The translations under genes and the position numbers were made by a program. The notes under the pieces are model-generated. The model worked only from the letters and a program-made list of their open reading frames with translations, was not told where the DNA came from and made no database searches. From positions 4,480,001-4,544,000 of the forward strand of contig OZ244653.1 in the NCBI GenBank assembly GCA_965218795.1: a stretch of DNA of 64,000 nt, in the 5' to 3' direction. This document shows, one piece after another, positions 50,799-60,811 of this stretch; within the stretch, counting starts at the first letter, position 1; each line of letters starts with the position of its first letter. This stretch comes from a bacterium. GTDB lineage: Bacteria > UBA8248 > JACPRG01 > G963555815.

Positions 50799-51488
50799 CG
50801 ATTCGGACAAATCCTCTGACGCAGTGAGGGAACTTTACGAGGAGATCAAGGCCCCGGGCCTCGACGCCAAACCTGACTTCCACATCGCCCCCGATTGGAA
50901 AAATATATCTCGGGAAAGGCCCGGGTGCTCGATGCCGGTTGCGGGACGGGCCACCTCCTTCTGGGAGTCGCGCTGACTTTCCCCGACGGTGAATTCAGCG
51001 GGATCGACTTCAGCGGATCCTCCATTGAAGTCGCCAGGGCCCTGTTCGCCAAATATGGAAAAAGGGCGACTTTTCAAATGGGGGATTACTCCCGGCCGAT
51101 GCCGTTCGAAGGGAAGTTCGATGTAATCATTCTCAATGGAACGATCCACTGCTCGCCTGATCCGACGCGGGCTTTGAAGAATGTGGCCGATTATTTGGCC
51201 GAGGACGGAATCGTTTACATCATGGTTTACGGGAAAAGGAGCCAGCAACGAAGGCTTGAAGTGAAGGAAATGCTGCATCTCCTCAACCCGGAAGACTCGC
51301 AAGGGCGTTATGCTCACTACTTGGATTATTTGAAGAAAAACAGGAAGACTGTGCGACAGTGGATCCTCGCCCTCTCCCTCGCTGAAATGATTCGCCTTGG
51401 GCGCAATGCGGCTCGCAATCTGCGAAACAGACTGAAGAAGGACCGAACGTCCTCCGGCTTCCGGTCTCCTTCCGACCTCATGTCCTGA
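50791..51488 (+). pseudogene. class I SAM methyltransferase, frameshift near 50890, probably C-truncated
   Basis: 'AVRELYE..P' start in one frame; VLDAGCGTG and GTIHC in the other. Confidence 0.7.
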
Positions 51489-51489
51489 C

Positions 51490-51690
51490 GCGGGCGGCCA
51501 ACCCTCGCTACTATGGTCTCCTCGATCATTTCAAGGCGCTGACGGGCCGAGGGGCGGTGCTCAATACCTCATCAACCTCCACGGCCATCCCATCGCCTAT
51601 ACACCCGTGGACGCACTCCGCGTATTCAAGAATTCAGGGTTGAAACACCTTGCGCTCGAAAAGGCCTTTATCTCCAAGCCTGGGGCGTAG
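51490..51690 (+). pseudogene. carbamoyltransferase C-terminal remnant
   Basis: Reads 'NPRYYGLLDHFKALTGRGAVLNTS / NLHGHPIAYTPVDALRVF.NSGL', the LNTSFN..G.PI..TP.DA motif with a frameshift. Confidence 0.75.
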
Positions 51691-51939
51691 TCTGGCCGGA
51701 GACACCGACAGTCGGTGAAGGAGCCCTTGCCGCAAACCACAATGATTTAGAGACCGTCCTTCGTTCCCGCGGGGCCGTCCGCGGAGTCGTTCGGGGATAA
51801 GCCTTCATCCTCGGGATCGCGCCTGCGAAAACAGTCGTGCCAACCGTCCGCCTAAAATATCGGAAGGAAGTGAGGATTCGGCAGCGCAGTGATAACTTCT
51901 GTCAATCCCCGAAACGGACAAATCGTTAAAGAAGCGGGA

Positions 51940-53811
51940 ATGAGCGGTTTTACCGGAATTTTTTCAGCCAAAGCGAACCTGCGAGATATCGATAAAAGTC
52001 TCTTTCAGGCCGCATCCTTGGGGCTTGGCCGGCGTTCCAAGGTCGTAGACGAACCTTGTCTGTTGACCCTTTGCGAATCTCACGAAGCGATGGGGAGCGC
52101 CTCCAAAGTCGCCTCGTCGGCGGATGACAGGGTCCGCCTTTTCCTGGAGGGCGAGATCCTTAATCTGGATGAGCTCGACCCCCCCGGAGCGCGCTCGCAG
52201 GCTGAGAGCTGCTTGACCTTCTACCTGGAAGACCGGCTGGGCGAGCTTGAGAGGGCCAATGGGTCGTTCGCCCTTTTGCTCTCGGACACGCGGGTTTCTC
52301 CAAAGGTGGTCTTGGTGACGGACCGACTTTGTACGCGGCCCATCTATGCCTTCCTCTGTGGGGACCAGTGCTTTTTCTCCACCCACATGGCCTCCCTGTT
52401 GTCGTTCCCTCAGGTGGAGAGACGACTCTCACTCCAGGGTCTCGTGGAGTTCTTTGCCGTCCGGCGCACGTCTCTCGATCACACCCTCTACGAGGACATC
52501 CGCGTCTTACCCGCGGCTTCTGTCTGGTCTTTTGACGGGCGGCGTCCCGCAGTACGGTCCTACTGGTCCATGCGCTGGAAGGGTCCGCCCTGTAGTCGAA
52601 GAGAGGCTCCCGAGGCGCTGGCTGAGGCTCTTCGCGTTGCCGTTCGGCGGCGGACCAAGGACGGAACGAGGTGTGCCCTGTTGCTGAGCGGGGGGCTGGA
52701 CGCACGGGCCGTTCTCGCCGCTGCGGACAGGCCGCTGAAGACCATCACGCTCGCCCCTTTCGAGAACGCAGAGGCGCGGGCGGCGCGCCGCTTGGCTGAA
52801 GCCGCCGGAAGTCAGCATATATTCATTGAAGTCCCTCCCGGACGAGTAGCCGAAGGTTTTGCGGATTCGGTGGCTTTTTGCGGCGGGAATTACGTATCGT
52901 CGTTCAATTTCTTTCCGGCAGCGCCGGAAATTGCAGAACATTGCGACGTGGCGCTCTCCGGGTACGGAATCGATTACACGGTTCGCGGGATGTATATGAA
53001 CAACGCATTTCTCCGGCTTGGAGGCTCGGTCACGCAGCTTCCCCGTCTGCGCAGGGCTTCGAATCACCACCTGGAAGAACAGGTGGCCGCCACACTTCGT
53101 TACCGGCTTCCTGCCAAGAGTCTTCGGCGAATCTTCCGGTCCCGGCTCGCGGTCGAGTGTGAAGCCATGCTCCGATGCTCTATCCGCGAGGCCCTCGCGC
53201 CTCATCAAACCGAAGCGCTCCACCCCCAGAACGGATGGGACTCCTTCACCCTTTCCCCGGTCTCCAAGCACTATACCTTCGGAGACCTTCTCTTTCTTCG
53301 GCATTTCGTCCAGACGCGAACCCCGGCCTATGACCGAGATCTTTTTGATTTTTTTCTGTCCATGCCGCCTGCCTGGCGGTGCTCGGGGAAGGTCTTTCGG
53401 GAGGCGCTTCGACTGCTGAACCCGGAGCTTGCGCGGCTGCGCACCAGCAATACCGGATTTCGGGGGGACATGGGTCGTTGGCCGCAGGTGGCCCTGGTGC
53501 TTGCGCGGGCCGGCCTGCGGAGGGCGCGGGCGCTCCCTCGTCCGTCGGTCCCCGAAGCCGGGGCGACCCAGGGATCCTGGGTGGATTTTCCCGAACTGTT
53601 GCGTACGCATCCTGTCCTCAAGGAGCAGATGGACCATGCCCTCGTGGACCCGGAGGTTCGCCGCCTGGAACTCTTCGACCTGGAAGCGGTCGCGGCCATG
53701 GTCCGAGAGGATCGGAGTCGGACGGCTGATCACGGAAAGGTTCTCACATTATTTTTGACCTTTTGCACCTGGAATCAGCTTTTTCCTTCTTCAGGCTCGC
53801 CGTTGACATAG
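51940..53811 (+). CDS. asparagine synthase-related protein (no N-terminal Cys)
   Basis: Start MSGFTGIF; motifs NGSF, TDRL.TRP and LLSGGLDAR. Confidence 0.8.
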   Translation: MSGFTGIFSAKANLRDIDKSLFQAASLGLGRRSKVVDEPCLLTLCESHEAMGSASKVASSADDRVRLFLEGEILNLDELDPPGARSQAESCLTFYLEDRLGELERANGSFALLLSDTRVSPKVVLVTDRLCTRPIYAFLCGDQCFFSTHMASLLSFPQVERRLSLQGLVEFFAVRRTSLDHTLYEDIRVLPAASVWSFDGRRPAVRSYWSMRWKGPPCSRREAPEALAEALRVAVRRRTKDGTRCALLLSGGLDARAVLAAADRPLKTITLAPFENAEARAARRLAEAAGSQHIFIEVPPGRVAEGFADSVAFCGGNYVSSFNFFPAAPEIAEHCDVALSGYGIDYTVRGMYMNNAFLRLGGSVTQLPRLRRASNHHLEEQVAATLRYRLPAKSLRRIFRSRLAVECEAMLRCSIREALAPHQTEALHPQNGWDSFTLSPVSKHYTFGDLLFLRHFVQTRTPAYDRDLFDFFLSMPPAWRCSGKVFREALRLLNPELARLRTSNTGFRGDMGRWPQVALVLARAGLRRARALPRPSVPEAGATQGSWVDFPELLRTHPVLKEQMDHALVDPEVRRLELFDLEAVAAMVREDRSRTADHGKVLTLFLTFCTWNQLFPSSGSPLT

Positions 53812-53843
53812 CACCCAGGAATCGCCGGTTAAGGAACCGCTCC

Positions 53844-55108
53844 TTGCGCGTTGCTCTTTTCACAACAGAAGTTTCGGCTTTCGAGCTATTTCCATCGGAT
53901 TCTGATGACAAGATTGTTCTCGTCATTTGTCCAGAGAACCACCGCGGAGCTCCTAAAGTTGAAAGTGTCATAAGGCAGGCTGAGACGTTAGGGATCCCGT
54001 TTTTATGGCACGAGAGACAGGGAGAGACCCTTGATTTAGTTCTGGAATTGCAGCGATATGAGGAGTTGGGGGTGACGTTTGGAATCCTCAGGGCTACCCA
54101 AGGGCCACCTCCTGGAAGCGAAGGAATCTGTATGGCTTCTCCCTCATGGTCCTGTGGGTGCCGTCACTGTTGAAGATCCTTCAGCGGGTCCGGCGGCTCC
54201 ATGCGGAGATCCCCATTGGTTGCGTTCACTACAATCATGAGAGCCTTTTTTACATCGCCTGGTGGCTGAAGAAAGCGCTGAAACTGAAGGCTGTGTTCCA
54301 CATTCGGACCAGGCCGATGCCGGGTCCGTGGGCAAGGCTTCAATGGAGGCTGATTCGCGCGGTCGGTGATTATCTCATCTTCATCACAGAGAACGAGTTG
54401 GAGCATGCCCGACAGATAACCGGATCCTGTCGGTTTCCAGATCATTCCGTCATCTTCAATATCGGTGAAAGTATTTTTCGCAATGGCGGGAAGCCCAAGA
54501 ACCGTCAGTTGAGGATCATGTTACTGGGGACAGTCATGCCGTCCAAGGGAGTCGATAGAGTTGTCCAAATCGCTGATTCCCTTCGAGGTCGACAGATACC
54601 CTTCCGAATTGACATCTTTGGTTCCGCGCCGGACCCTCCGAAGTCATTTTTCTCCGTGCGAGATAACTACCTCCAGAGTATTCGGTCTTCCATCGAGTCG
54701 TTGGGTCTCAGCGATTGCGTCCATTTTTGCGGCTACGTAAATGATCCTTTAATGGTGCTGGCCAAGGCGGACATTTTGCTTCGGCTGACACGGGACAACG
54801 ATCCCTAGGGCCGCGATGTGATCGAAGCGATAGCCATGGGCGTTCCCGTGATTGCGACGGGGGAGTACGAGGGTTTCATCAAGAATGGGGAGAACGGATT
54901 TGTGATCCCTGATTATTCGACGGAAGCATTTGTCGACAAGATCCATCTGTTGGCTAATGACCCCTCACTTCGCAAGGAAATATCACAGCGTTGCAGAGAG
55001 AATGCAAAGCATCTGTTTAACGGTCAGGCCAGGGCGAAAGAAGTGGAAGCCATTTATACGAAACTTCTGGACGCGGGGTTCATGTCGAAGCCCGACGGGG
55101 CGCATTGA
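53844..55108 (+). pseudogene. GT4 glycosyltransferase with frameshift and premature stop; 5' part possibly a formyltransferase remnant
   Basis: Motifs VHYNHE, KGVD and NDP*GRDVIEA..GVPVIAT (TAG at 54806-54808, probably from TGG), then NGENGF. Confidence 0.72.
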
Positions 55109-56064
55109 AACAAGCCGTCGAGGAAGCCAAAGAACATCCAGTGACGAGGTTGTTCGATCTGCGTGACTATGACCGCCTGCTCCGGACTTTTCTGAAGGCT
55201 GGGTACGAGTTGGTGGACTATGCCGAGGCCAGGTTGCGCCTGGGGCCGGGCCGGGATCGTTTTGCCGTCTGGCGCCACGATGTGGATTTCTGCTTGGGCC
55301 GGGCCCTGGCGTTGGCCCGTGTGGAGGCCGAGCACGGAATCCAGGCGGATTACTTCGTCCTCTTGAGGTCTCAAATGTACAATTTGCTGGATACCCGAGA
55401 GCTCTCCAGGCTGAAAGAGATCCGTAGGCTCGGACATCGAATCGGGCTTTATTTTGACTTTGCCCTGTACAGGGATGCAGGAATGAACTCATTAGAATCT
55501 CGAATCGAAAGAGAGTGCGGGGTCCTGGAGGACTGGATCAAGGAACCGGTTCTGATGGTTTCCTTTCACCGCCCGATCGAATCGCTTTTGGAAACGGAGA
55601 TATCCCTGGGCGATCGGGGACATGCCTACCAGTCGGATTTCTTCAAAGAGATGGCGTATTATTCAGATTCCCGAGGCTACTGGACCCACGGCTCTCCTGT
55701 AGAGGTTGCCGCATTCGCCGAAGGGCGACCCATGCAGATTCTGACTCATCCCATTTGGTGGTGTGGACCTGCCCGGCAGACGCAAACGGAAAGATTGGAA
55801 GATTTTGCAAGGGAGAGACTGGACGCCCTCCGAGTGGGGATTGCCGGGAGCTGCGAAACCTATCATTACGAAGAGAAAGAGCGGAATTTGGAACGCAGGG
55901 AGGATGGGGGGAGCGATGAGCGGCCTGTTCGTCCAAGGGAACATGAGACGGAAAATCCCCGCCAGAAGGACTGTAGGCGAGGATGGAAACCGCGTTGCCG
56001 AGGGGGCCTCCAGAGTGGGGTTGAAGGTGCGAAGCGCCCCGGGAGGGCAAGGCGCATCCGATGA
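55105..56064 (+). CDS. polysaccharide deacetylase-like hypothetical protein
   Basis: Motifs WRHDVD, GHRIGL, SFHRP, YSDSRG and LTHPIWW. The C-terminal tail looks like run-on sequence. Confidence 0.7.
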   Translation: MKQAVEEAKEHPVTRLFDLRDYDRLLRTFLKAGYELVDYAEARLRLGPGRDRFAVWRHDVDFCLGRALALARVEAEHGIQADYFVLLRSQMYNLLDTRELSRLKEIRRLGHRIGLYFDFALYRDAGMNSLESRIERECGVLEDWIKEPVLMVSFHRPIESLLETEISLGDRGHAYQSDFFKEMAYYSDSRGYWTHGSPVEVAAFAEGRPMQILTHPIWWCGPARQTQTERLEDFARERLDALRVGIAGSCETYHYEEKERNLERREDGGSDERPVRPREHETENPRQKDCRRGWKPRCRGGLQSGVEGAKRPGRARRIR

Positions 56065-56188
56065 ATGGAGTCCTCGAGGAGTTCCCTCGCGATTCTGAGG
56101 ATACCGATTGTTGCGGGCGAGTTCCGGTTGCCACGGGGATTCGACCTTCTTTCATCCCTTGAGAACGAGAAGGAGAGTTTTTAGGGCA

Positions 56189-57739
56189 ATGTTCGGGAAT
56201 CGGGTCGTCCGAGGGGTGAGGCTGCTGGCGATCGGCCTGCCTCTGGGCTTCGTTCTGGCATGGGCGCCGGGAACCTTCTTTGTATCGACGCTGGCCTTGC
56301 TGACTTGCGCGCTGATCCGTCGGATGGCCCCGAGGAATGACCGGCGATTCCTGCTGATCTTATTTCTGCTGGCCTTGGTGACGCGGTTTACGCTGTCGTG
56401 GGTGTATCAGATGTTTTTTGTGGAAGCGAGGCTGGTTTCCCCCTTGGGACCGGACGGAGAGCTCTATTCGGCGGGAGGCTGGTACATTTCGAGCATCATT
56501 GCAGGCAAGAGATTTGTCCCCCTGGAACCACAAGAATTTCAAATTCTGTTTCCCAAATCGCTCAAGCATCTGGACTTTCAGGAAATTGTGTACCGCTTCC
56601 AAGGAAAATACCTTCCCCCTCTGAATTATCACGCCACCGGTTTCTTCACCTATGCAATCGCCTTTTTTTATTCGATGGTGGGGTATGCCCCACTTGCCTT
56701 CAAATGGTTCAACGGGTTCCTGGGAAGTATTCTGCCTCTTCTCGGCTATGCCATCGGGGGACAGCTTTACGGCCAACGCGCTGGAAGAATTTCCGCAGTA
56801 TTGCTGGCTCTCCATCCGTTTCTTCTGCTCTGGTCCATCACCGCGCTGAGGGATACCGTCGTCATCTTGTGCGTTGCGGTTCTGGTCTTGTCTACCATTC
56901 GAATCCTCAAGGGTCGATGGATCTGGCTGTTGGGATGGGTCGGCGCCGGGGTGGGCCTGTATATGATGCATTGGTGGATCTGGCCAACTTTTTGGGCTTC
57001 TCTGGGAGCGGGCCTCTTGGGGATTCTGGCTTCTCGGTACAGGCGGATGGCCCGATGGATCGGAGGCGGAGTCGCGGCGGCGATTGTGGTGGGATGGGTC
57101 CTGTATTCCCCGGTTGTGAAAGCCGGGTACGATGGGATCATTGCGGAGTTTGTTAAAGTAAACGCTAAACGCTACGGTGGGGCTGGAGCTTTTAGGTACC
57201 AAATCTTCCCCCCGGAGGTCTATCAGAAAGGGATTCGGAGGTCTTTAAACGCGACGCCCCACCCGTTCCCCATCCATGCCTTGAAGGTCATTCCAGTGGC
57301 TCGGGGCGAGCTCACTTGGGGGCTGGTAATGGGTTTGAGTCACTTGACGTTTCTTCCGTTCCCTTGTTGCGCCGAAGGCAGGTGGCAGGCCTTGGCCATC
57401 GCCGCTGGCGTAGGGATCTGGTATCCGCTGATTCCATTCATGGCCCTGGGCTTCCTTCGAAGTTGCGCTCAGGTTCCCCGGGCGACCATTTTCTTGGGAT
57501 CATTCACATTCGCAGTCATCTTGATCATCGGCGCAACGCATACGAACGTCTGGGTGCTGGTGCGTCACAGAGACATCTTGAGTCCTCTCCTGCTGGTGTG
57601 GGCGGGAGGGGGGATGGCGTGGGTCTGGACTCGGTTGACGGAGGCCATCGAGAGAAAAGGTACGGGCGGTCAGGTGTTCGTCCGTCCCGGCAGCCCGCCT
57701 CAAATGCCTTCCGCTGGGGAAAATCTTGGCGATCGTTGA
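56189..57739 (+). CDS. GT-C/Wzy-like polytopic membrane protein
   Basis: Motifs PDGELY, LRD, FLPFP and TNV..LVRHR; many TM segments; same layout as the 49421 gene. Confidence 0.65.
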   Translation: MFGNRVVRGVRLLAIGLPLGFVLAWAPGTFFVSTLALLTCALIRRMAPRNDRRFLLILFLLALVTRFTLSWVYQMFFVEARLVSPLGPDGELYSAGGWYISSIIAGKRFVPLEPQEFQILFPKSLKHLDFQEIVYRFQGKYLPPLNYHATGFFTYAIAFFYSMVGYAPLAFKWFNGFLGSILPLLGYAIGGQLYGQRAGRISAVLLALHPFLLLWSITALRDTVVILCVAVLVLSTIRILKGRWIWLLGWVGAGVGLYMMHWWIWPTFWASLGAGLLGILASRYRRMARWIGGGVAAAIVVGWVLYSPVVKAGYDGIIAEFVKVNAKRYGGAGAFRYQIFPPEVYQKGIRRSLNATPHPFPIHALKVIPVARGELTWGLVMGLSHLTFLPFPCCAEGRWQALAIAAGVGIWYPLIPFMALGFLRSCAQVPRATIFLGSFTFAVILIIGATHTNVWVLVRHRDILSPLLLVWAGGGMAWVWTRLTEAIERKGTGGQVFVRPGSPPQMPSAGENLGDR

Positions 57740-58307
57740 TGAAAAAGGGCGACTCTTCGGCCGCATCAATTTGATTGACTTGGCGGCCCTTTGCGCCCTG
57801 GTTCTTTTGGTCCTTCTGTTCCTTTGGGGATATCGGCTGTATTCCTTCAATTATCGGGAGCGCGTCAGGAAGGAAGTCCGGGAGGAGTGGAAGGAGTGGA
57901 AGACGCGCCGTTATCTTCTGGGGGACAAGGTGGTCATCATCCTCTATGCGCGGATTCCCGGGTATCTCCGGAATGTTGTTGCGGTTGGGGATGCCGAAGC
58001 GGTGGATGACAGAGGCCTTGAGCGTCCAATGACCCTCTTGGGCAGGCTGGATGCGAGGAAGACGCCCGATGCGGATTTATTGCTTCTTCGGGGGTTGGCC
58101 CGGAAAAGTCCCCAAGGCGTGTGGTATGCGGGAAAGGACAGGCCGCTACGTCTCGGGGAGTCATTGGCCTTTAAGGCCCGGCAATACAGGATCACGGGCA
58201 AGATCGTCCGGCTTCTGACAGGAAAAGATGCGAATCTGGAAAACGCGTTATCGGTGATGCGCGGAATCCGCGTGGAACTCGAAGGGGAAGGAGAGAGACG
58301 GCCATGA
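57726..58307 (+). CDS. DUF4330-like membrane-anchored protein
   Basis: Characteristic start 'IVDEKGRLFGRINLIDL' followed by a TM helix. Confidence 0.7.
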   Translation: MAIVDEKGRLFGRINLIDLAALCALVLLVLLFLWGYRLYSFNYRERVRKEVREEWKEWKTRRYLLGDKVVIILYARIPGYLRNVVAVGDAEAVDDRGLERPMTLLGRLDARKTPDADLLLLRGLARKSPQGVWYAGKDRPLRLGESLAFKARQYRITGKIVRLLTGKDANLENALSVMRGIRVELEGEGERRP

Positions 58308-58693
58308 TAGGGTCCGGTCCGCAAGGGCTCGATCCAGGGAGTTCCCGAGCTCCGAGGGAGATATCAAGAGCCATCGTGGAGGGGAGCTTCGCGGCTCGAA
58401 CGCTACGGCGGGTCGGCCACTCGTTGCGGAGGGCATGGGGACGCTCGATGGTGTTGTCCTTGATGAGGTGGTTGGCCGAATCGGTCCGACAACCCCGGGA
58501 TCTCCTCTTTCAATTTGCCTGGACGGCGGCCTTTACGGTTGTATTCCTGTTCCTCCTGCCGGCCCCGTTCAATCCGCCGCTGAGTCTCATGGGGTGGCTT
58601 TCCCGCATCATGATGTTACTTGGGGCGCTCGTTGCAGTCCGGTGGATATGCCTGCCGGTGGATGAACAGGATGAAGGCCCCGAGAATCGGTGA
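58304..58693 (+). CDS. small hypothetical membrane protein
   Basis: ATGA overlap with the previous gene; two hydrophobic segments. Confidence 0.5.
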   Translation: MIGSGPQGLDPGSSRAPREISRAIVEGSFAARTLRRVGHSLRRAWGRSMVLSLMRWLAESVRQPRDLLFQFAWTAAFTVVFLFLLPAPFNPPLSLMGWLSRIMMLLGALVAVRWICLPVDEQDEGPENR

Positions 58694-58825
58694 GTCCGAC
58701 GACCGCTCCGGGCGGGCATGGCCTTCGGTCAACGCTACCAGCCCTGGAGCCGTCCCAAGGCCTGGAGGCGGTGCTGTTCGCCACCGCGCAAGAGACCGCC
58801 GCGCTCTCCGGCGTGTTGAGGTGTC

Positions 58826-59974
58826 GTGCAGTTTTTTCCCATAACTGAGGAGACCTCCGGTCCCGAGGGGGGCAAAGTGTGGACTCGGCTGCTGGTCATT
58901 GCGGCTTCACTGGGCGGCGGAGGTGCGGAACGATTTCTAACGTTATTATTGCGCAACCTCGACCGGCGACGTTTCGAGCTCCACTTGGCGCTGGTCGACG
59001 CCTCGGGCCCTCACCTCTCTAGCATCCCCCCGGATGTGGCCGTCCACGACCTGGGGGTGAGGCGCGTTCGTTATTCTTTGCCGGCCGTTATGCGGACAGT
59101 CCGCCGCCTGCGTCCCGCTACGGTGCTTTCCACGCTGGGATATCTGAATGTGGCGGTGATCGCGAGCCGCTTTTTCTGGTCCGCCGGCACGCGGCTCTGG
59201 GTCAGGGAGGCGAATATCCCTTCAGCCTCGCTGGGCAGTGGGGGAAAAAACCGTCTGCTTCGAAGGGTCTACCCTTGGTTATATCCTCGGGCGGATGGCA
59301 TTGTATGCGTCACCGAGGCGATTCGGAGAGAGCTTGCAGAAGACTTTTGCATTCCGGTCTCCCGGTTGAGGGTAATCGCCAACCCCGTCGAGGTTGACGT
59401 CTTGCGTTCACTGGCCGGGCAAGGGGGAAGCCCCTTTGAGGGCGGTGGGCCTCAGGTGATTGCGGCCGGGCGCCTGACGCGACAGAAGGGGTTCGACTTG
59501 TTGCTCCGGGCCATTTCCCCGATCATGCGTGATCGGCCTGATGTCCGATTGACCATACTGGGCACCGGCCCGGAGGCGTCATCGCTTCAGGCGCTTGCGG
59601 AGGGCCTCGGAGTTTCTGGATCAGTATCGATGCCGGGTTTTGTGGACAACCCGTTTCGGTATTTCCGGGCTGCCGACATGTTTGTCCTCTCCTCCCGGTG
59701 GGAGGGGATGCCCAACGTGGTCCTGGAGGCCTTGGCCTGCGGTACGCCCGTGGTGGCCTTTGATTGCGCCGGCGGGGGGGTCAGAGAGATCGCCGAAGAG
59801 ACCGAGAAGGTTGAAGTGGTCCCCCGAGAGGATGTACCGGCCCTGACCGAAGCCATCGCCAGTCATCTGGGCCGCAAAGTCGGGAACGGAAAACCCTTGC
59901 TACCGGACAAATTCCATATCCGGAGGGTCGTAAAGCAATACGAGGATATCCTGGAAGGGGGCGGAATTGCTTGA
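58826..59974 (+). CDS. GT4 family glycosyltransferase
   Basis: Motifs GGGAER, GRL..QKGFD and SSRWEGMPNVVLEA. Confidence 0.92.
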   Translation: MQFFPITEETSGPEGGKVWTRLLVIAASLGGGGAERFLTLLLRNLDRRRFELHLALVDASGPHLSSIPPDVAVHDLGVRRVRYSLPAVMRTVRRLRPATVLSTLGYLNVAVIASRFFWSAGTRLWVREANIPSASLGSGGKNRLLRRVYPWLYPRADGIVCVTEAIRRELAEDFCIPVSRLRVIANPVEVDVLRSLAGQGGSPFEGGGPQVIAAGRLTRQKGFDLLLRAISPIMRDRPDVRLTILGTGPEASSLQALAEGLGVSGSVSMPGFVDNPFRYFRAADMFVLSSRWEGMPNVVLEALACGTPVVAFDCAGGGVREIAEETEKVEVVPREDVPALTEAIASHLGRKVGNGKPLLPDKFHIRRVVKQYEDILEGGGIA

Positions 59975-60060
59975 TTTCCCCCCTTGCGACTGGAAGGAGT
60001 CCAACCCTTGCGGCCCCGGTTTTGCAGAGACGCCCCTCCCTTGGAAAGGCTCTTGTATCG

Positions 60061-60325
60061 ATGAAGCATAGGGTGCTCGCCGCGCTGGTCCTCATTTTTC
60101 TAGGGGATCTCTTCATGCGGACGTATCGTCTTTCCGATAGGGGTCTCCTGGTCAGCGACGAAAGCGGATATTACGGGGGCCCGGCGGCCACTGTGACCTC
60201 GCTCATCCACTGGTGGTTGGCCGGAACGGGGGATGGCCTTTCAGCTTCCTCCCGCCGGGAGGTGGGAGGAAGCCGGGTTTCCATCACGTGGCCAAACCTG
60301 GGTACGGTGTCCTGGTTCTCCTGCG
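60061..60325 (+). pseudogene. GT-C/ArnT-like membrane protein N-terminal remnant
   Basis: TM segment, then 'RTYRL..RGLLVSDESGY' and, frameshifted, 'AKPGYGVL'. Confidence 0.45.
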
Positions 60326-60538
60326 TATTCGGAGCAACAGATGAAATCGCGCCGTGTGACACAGCAGGGCTGCTATGTAGAGGAAAGCTCCGCCCACCAC
60401 CGATTGAGGGTTCGCGGAAGTCAGGAGGGAGAAGACCTCTTGCAGGTGGACCCAGGACAGGAGCAGGTAGCACAGCACCGAGGACAGGGCAATGGCCAGA
60501 AGGACGTGTATCCACTTCTTCTTATTGCGGGGGAGCAT
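60325..60538 (-). pseudogene. lysylphosphatidylglycerol-synthase TM / flippase-like (UPF0104) N-terminal remnant
   Basis: 'KWIHVLLAIALS..LLL..V...EV..LL..AN...........ARFHLLL' is the typical start of the family; truncated. Confidence 0.55.
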
Positions 60539-60704
60539 GAATTCGGCCTCGATGTAATGCGGCGGCCTCTCTTTCCCGCCCATCGGGTTATGCGTACGTC
60601 CTTGTCAGCATGGTCGAACAAGACCGGAAAACCCGGGGAGCACCCTTCTTGCCGGTGTTCCTGTGGCCCTCTCTGTGTCTCCCAGGTTCGGTCGGCGGAT
60701 TCGC

Positions 60705-60740
60705 CTTCAGGAGGCTGGCTAGCTTCAGGAGGCTGGCTAA
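60705..60740. repeat. 18-bp tandem duplication
   Basis: CTTCAGGAGGCTGGCTAG / CTTCAGGAGGCTGGCTAA. Confidence 0.85.
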
Positions 60741-60811
60741 AATGTTACAATACCTCATTTCTTTGAACAAGATACGATCCTGTGGACAACCGAAAAATCT
60801 CTCCCCCAACG

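Noticed and set aside
54806-54808. In-frame TAG as pyrrolysine or recoding
   Set aside because: The position fits a Trp TGG>TAG mutation, the gene has other lesions, and TAG serves as a normal stop elsewhere in the window.
60705-60740. Possible CRISPR or iteron array
   Set aside because: Only two adjacent copies, no spacers, and no cas or rep genes.
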